Below, piece by piece: positions 63,373-64,000 of a stretch of DNA of 64,000 nt. How positions within the stretch are numbered: the stretch's first letter is position 1; every line of letters begins with the position of its first letter. A model generated the notes under the pieces. That model was not told where the DNA came from and did no database searches. It saw only the letters and a program-made list of their open reading frames with translations. This DNA is from Neodothiora populina (lineage: Eukaryota), in the NCBI RefSeq assembly GCF_041146345.1, contig NW_027191408.1, forward strand, positions 806,001 to 870,000, given 5' to 3'. The position numbers and the translations under genes were made by a program.

Positions 63373-64000
63373 TCAGACACCAACAGGCCCAACAACAATC
63401 CTCTCCCTCTCGCTCCTCAACCTACTCTCCATCCTCTTCCGCTCCTCATTCGCGACCCTCTTCTTCAACGCACTAAATTTTCCAAACCTCCCCTTGGCCC
63501 CATGCATCATCTTCGTCAACATGTCAGCCGCCTGTCCCTTGTTCGTTGTCACCGGTGTCAATTTCTGACGATCGACTCGATGACGATTGAGACTTGCGAT
63601 TTGTTTCTCTGATGCTGGGGATCTGCGCCATGTGGCTCGAGAGTTGATGTAATAGTGAGGGTAGTGCATCGAGGCGTACGTGTCTGCTGCGTGCACGGCG
63701 TCTTGCAATGTCTCTGCGGTTGCGATTTTGCGCGGACGAGCGTAGGGGGCTTTTGACGATGCGATACTACCGGTTTCGGAGGCCGAGAGCTTGACGAGCG
63801 ACGTCACGGTGTATTGAGCGGATTGCTCGTCTTTGGTCAAGCGCAGGTAGTCGCCGTTGTTGCTGGATAAGATGTATTTGTCGTCGTCGACTTGCACCCA
63901 GGAGTTGCGGCTCATGGAGCGGATGAAGCGCTCGCCGGACGTGTCTTCTATCAGGTCGCTTACGGAGTCGTAGTCTGTGAATGTCATGCTGCTTATTTCG
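63373..64000 (-). CDS. 3' end of a putative Irc3-like mitochondrial DEAD/H helicase (partial; starts beyond the window)
   Basis: The frame is open to the window edge. TFTDYDSVSDLI...SWVQV...AVHAADT...WRRSPASEKQ...KGQAADMLTK resembles C-termini I recall from Pezizomycotina Irc3-like helicases. The helicase core itself is not visible. Confidence 0.6.
   Translation of the reverse strand, partial: EISSMTFTDYDSVSDLIEDTSGERFIRSMSRNSWVQVDDDKYILSSNNGDYLRLTKDEQSAQYTVTSLVKLSASETGSIASSKAPYARPRKIATAETLQDAVHAADTYASMHYPHYYINSRATWRRSPASEKQIASLNRHRVDRQKLTPVTTNKGQAADMLTKMMHGAKGRFGKFSALKKRVANEERKRMESRLRSERERIVVGPVGV

Overview
Gene-dense eukaryotic DNA from a filamentous ascomycete (Pezizomycotina). The basis is short GT-AG introns with CTRAC-like branch points and a fungal gene set. 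I can support 21 protein-coding genes: glycogen phosphorylase, an MRJP/yellow-like secreted protein, peroxisomal thiolase, Eaf7, Pom33, septin Cdc3, Exo70, a cPLA2-type phospholipase, an SLC26/SulP transporter, a DUF427 protein, a Cld1/Ict1-type alpha/beta hydrolase, a Cya5/Pet309-type PPR protein, Srp68, eIF5B, Jen1, an amino-acid permease, a Yip1-family protein, a hypothetical protein, Bst1, a partial Irc3-like helicase and one microprotein. I recognised no transposons, tRNA/rRNA genes or CRISPR arrays. The most notable observation is an intronless 54-codon Cys/His-rich ORF (12591-12755, minus strand), too short for the supplied ORF track. It looks like a stand-alone double-zinc-finger (C1/DC1-like) microprotein and sits alone in an otherwise gene-free ~6.4 kb interval. 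Other notable items are a likely non-AUG mitochondrial presequence on the Cld1-like lipase, alternative septin N-termini, a hidden first exon on the phospholipase, a GC-AG intron and clusters of regulatory motifs. Family names come from recognising motifs by eye; no database searches were run.
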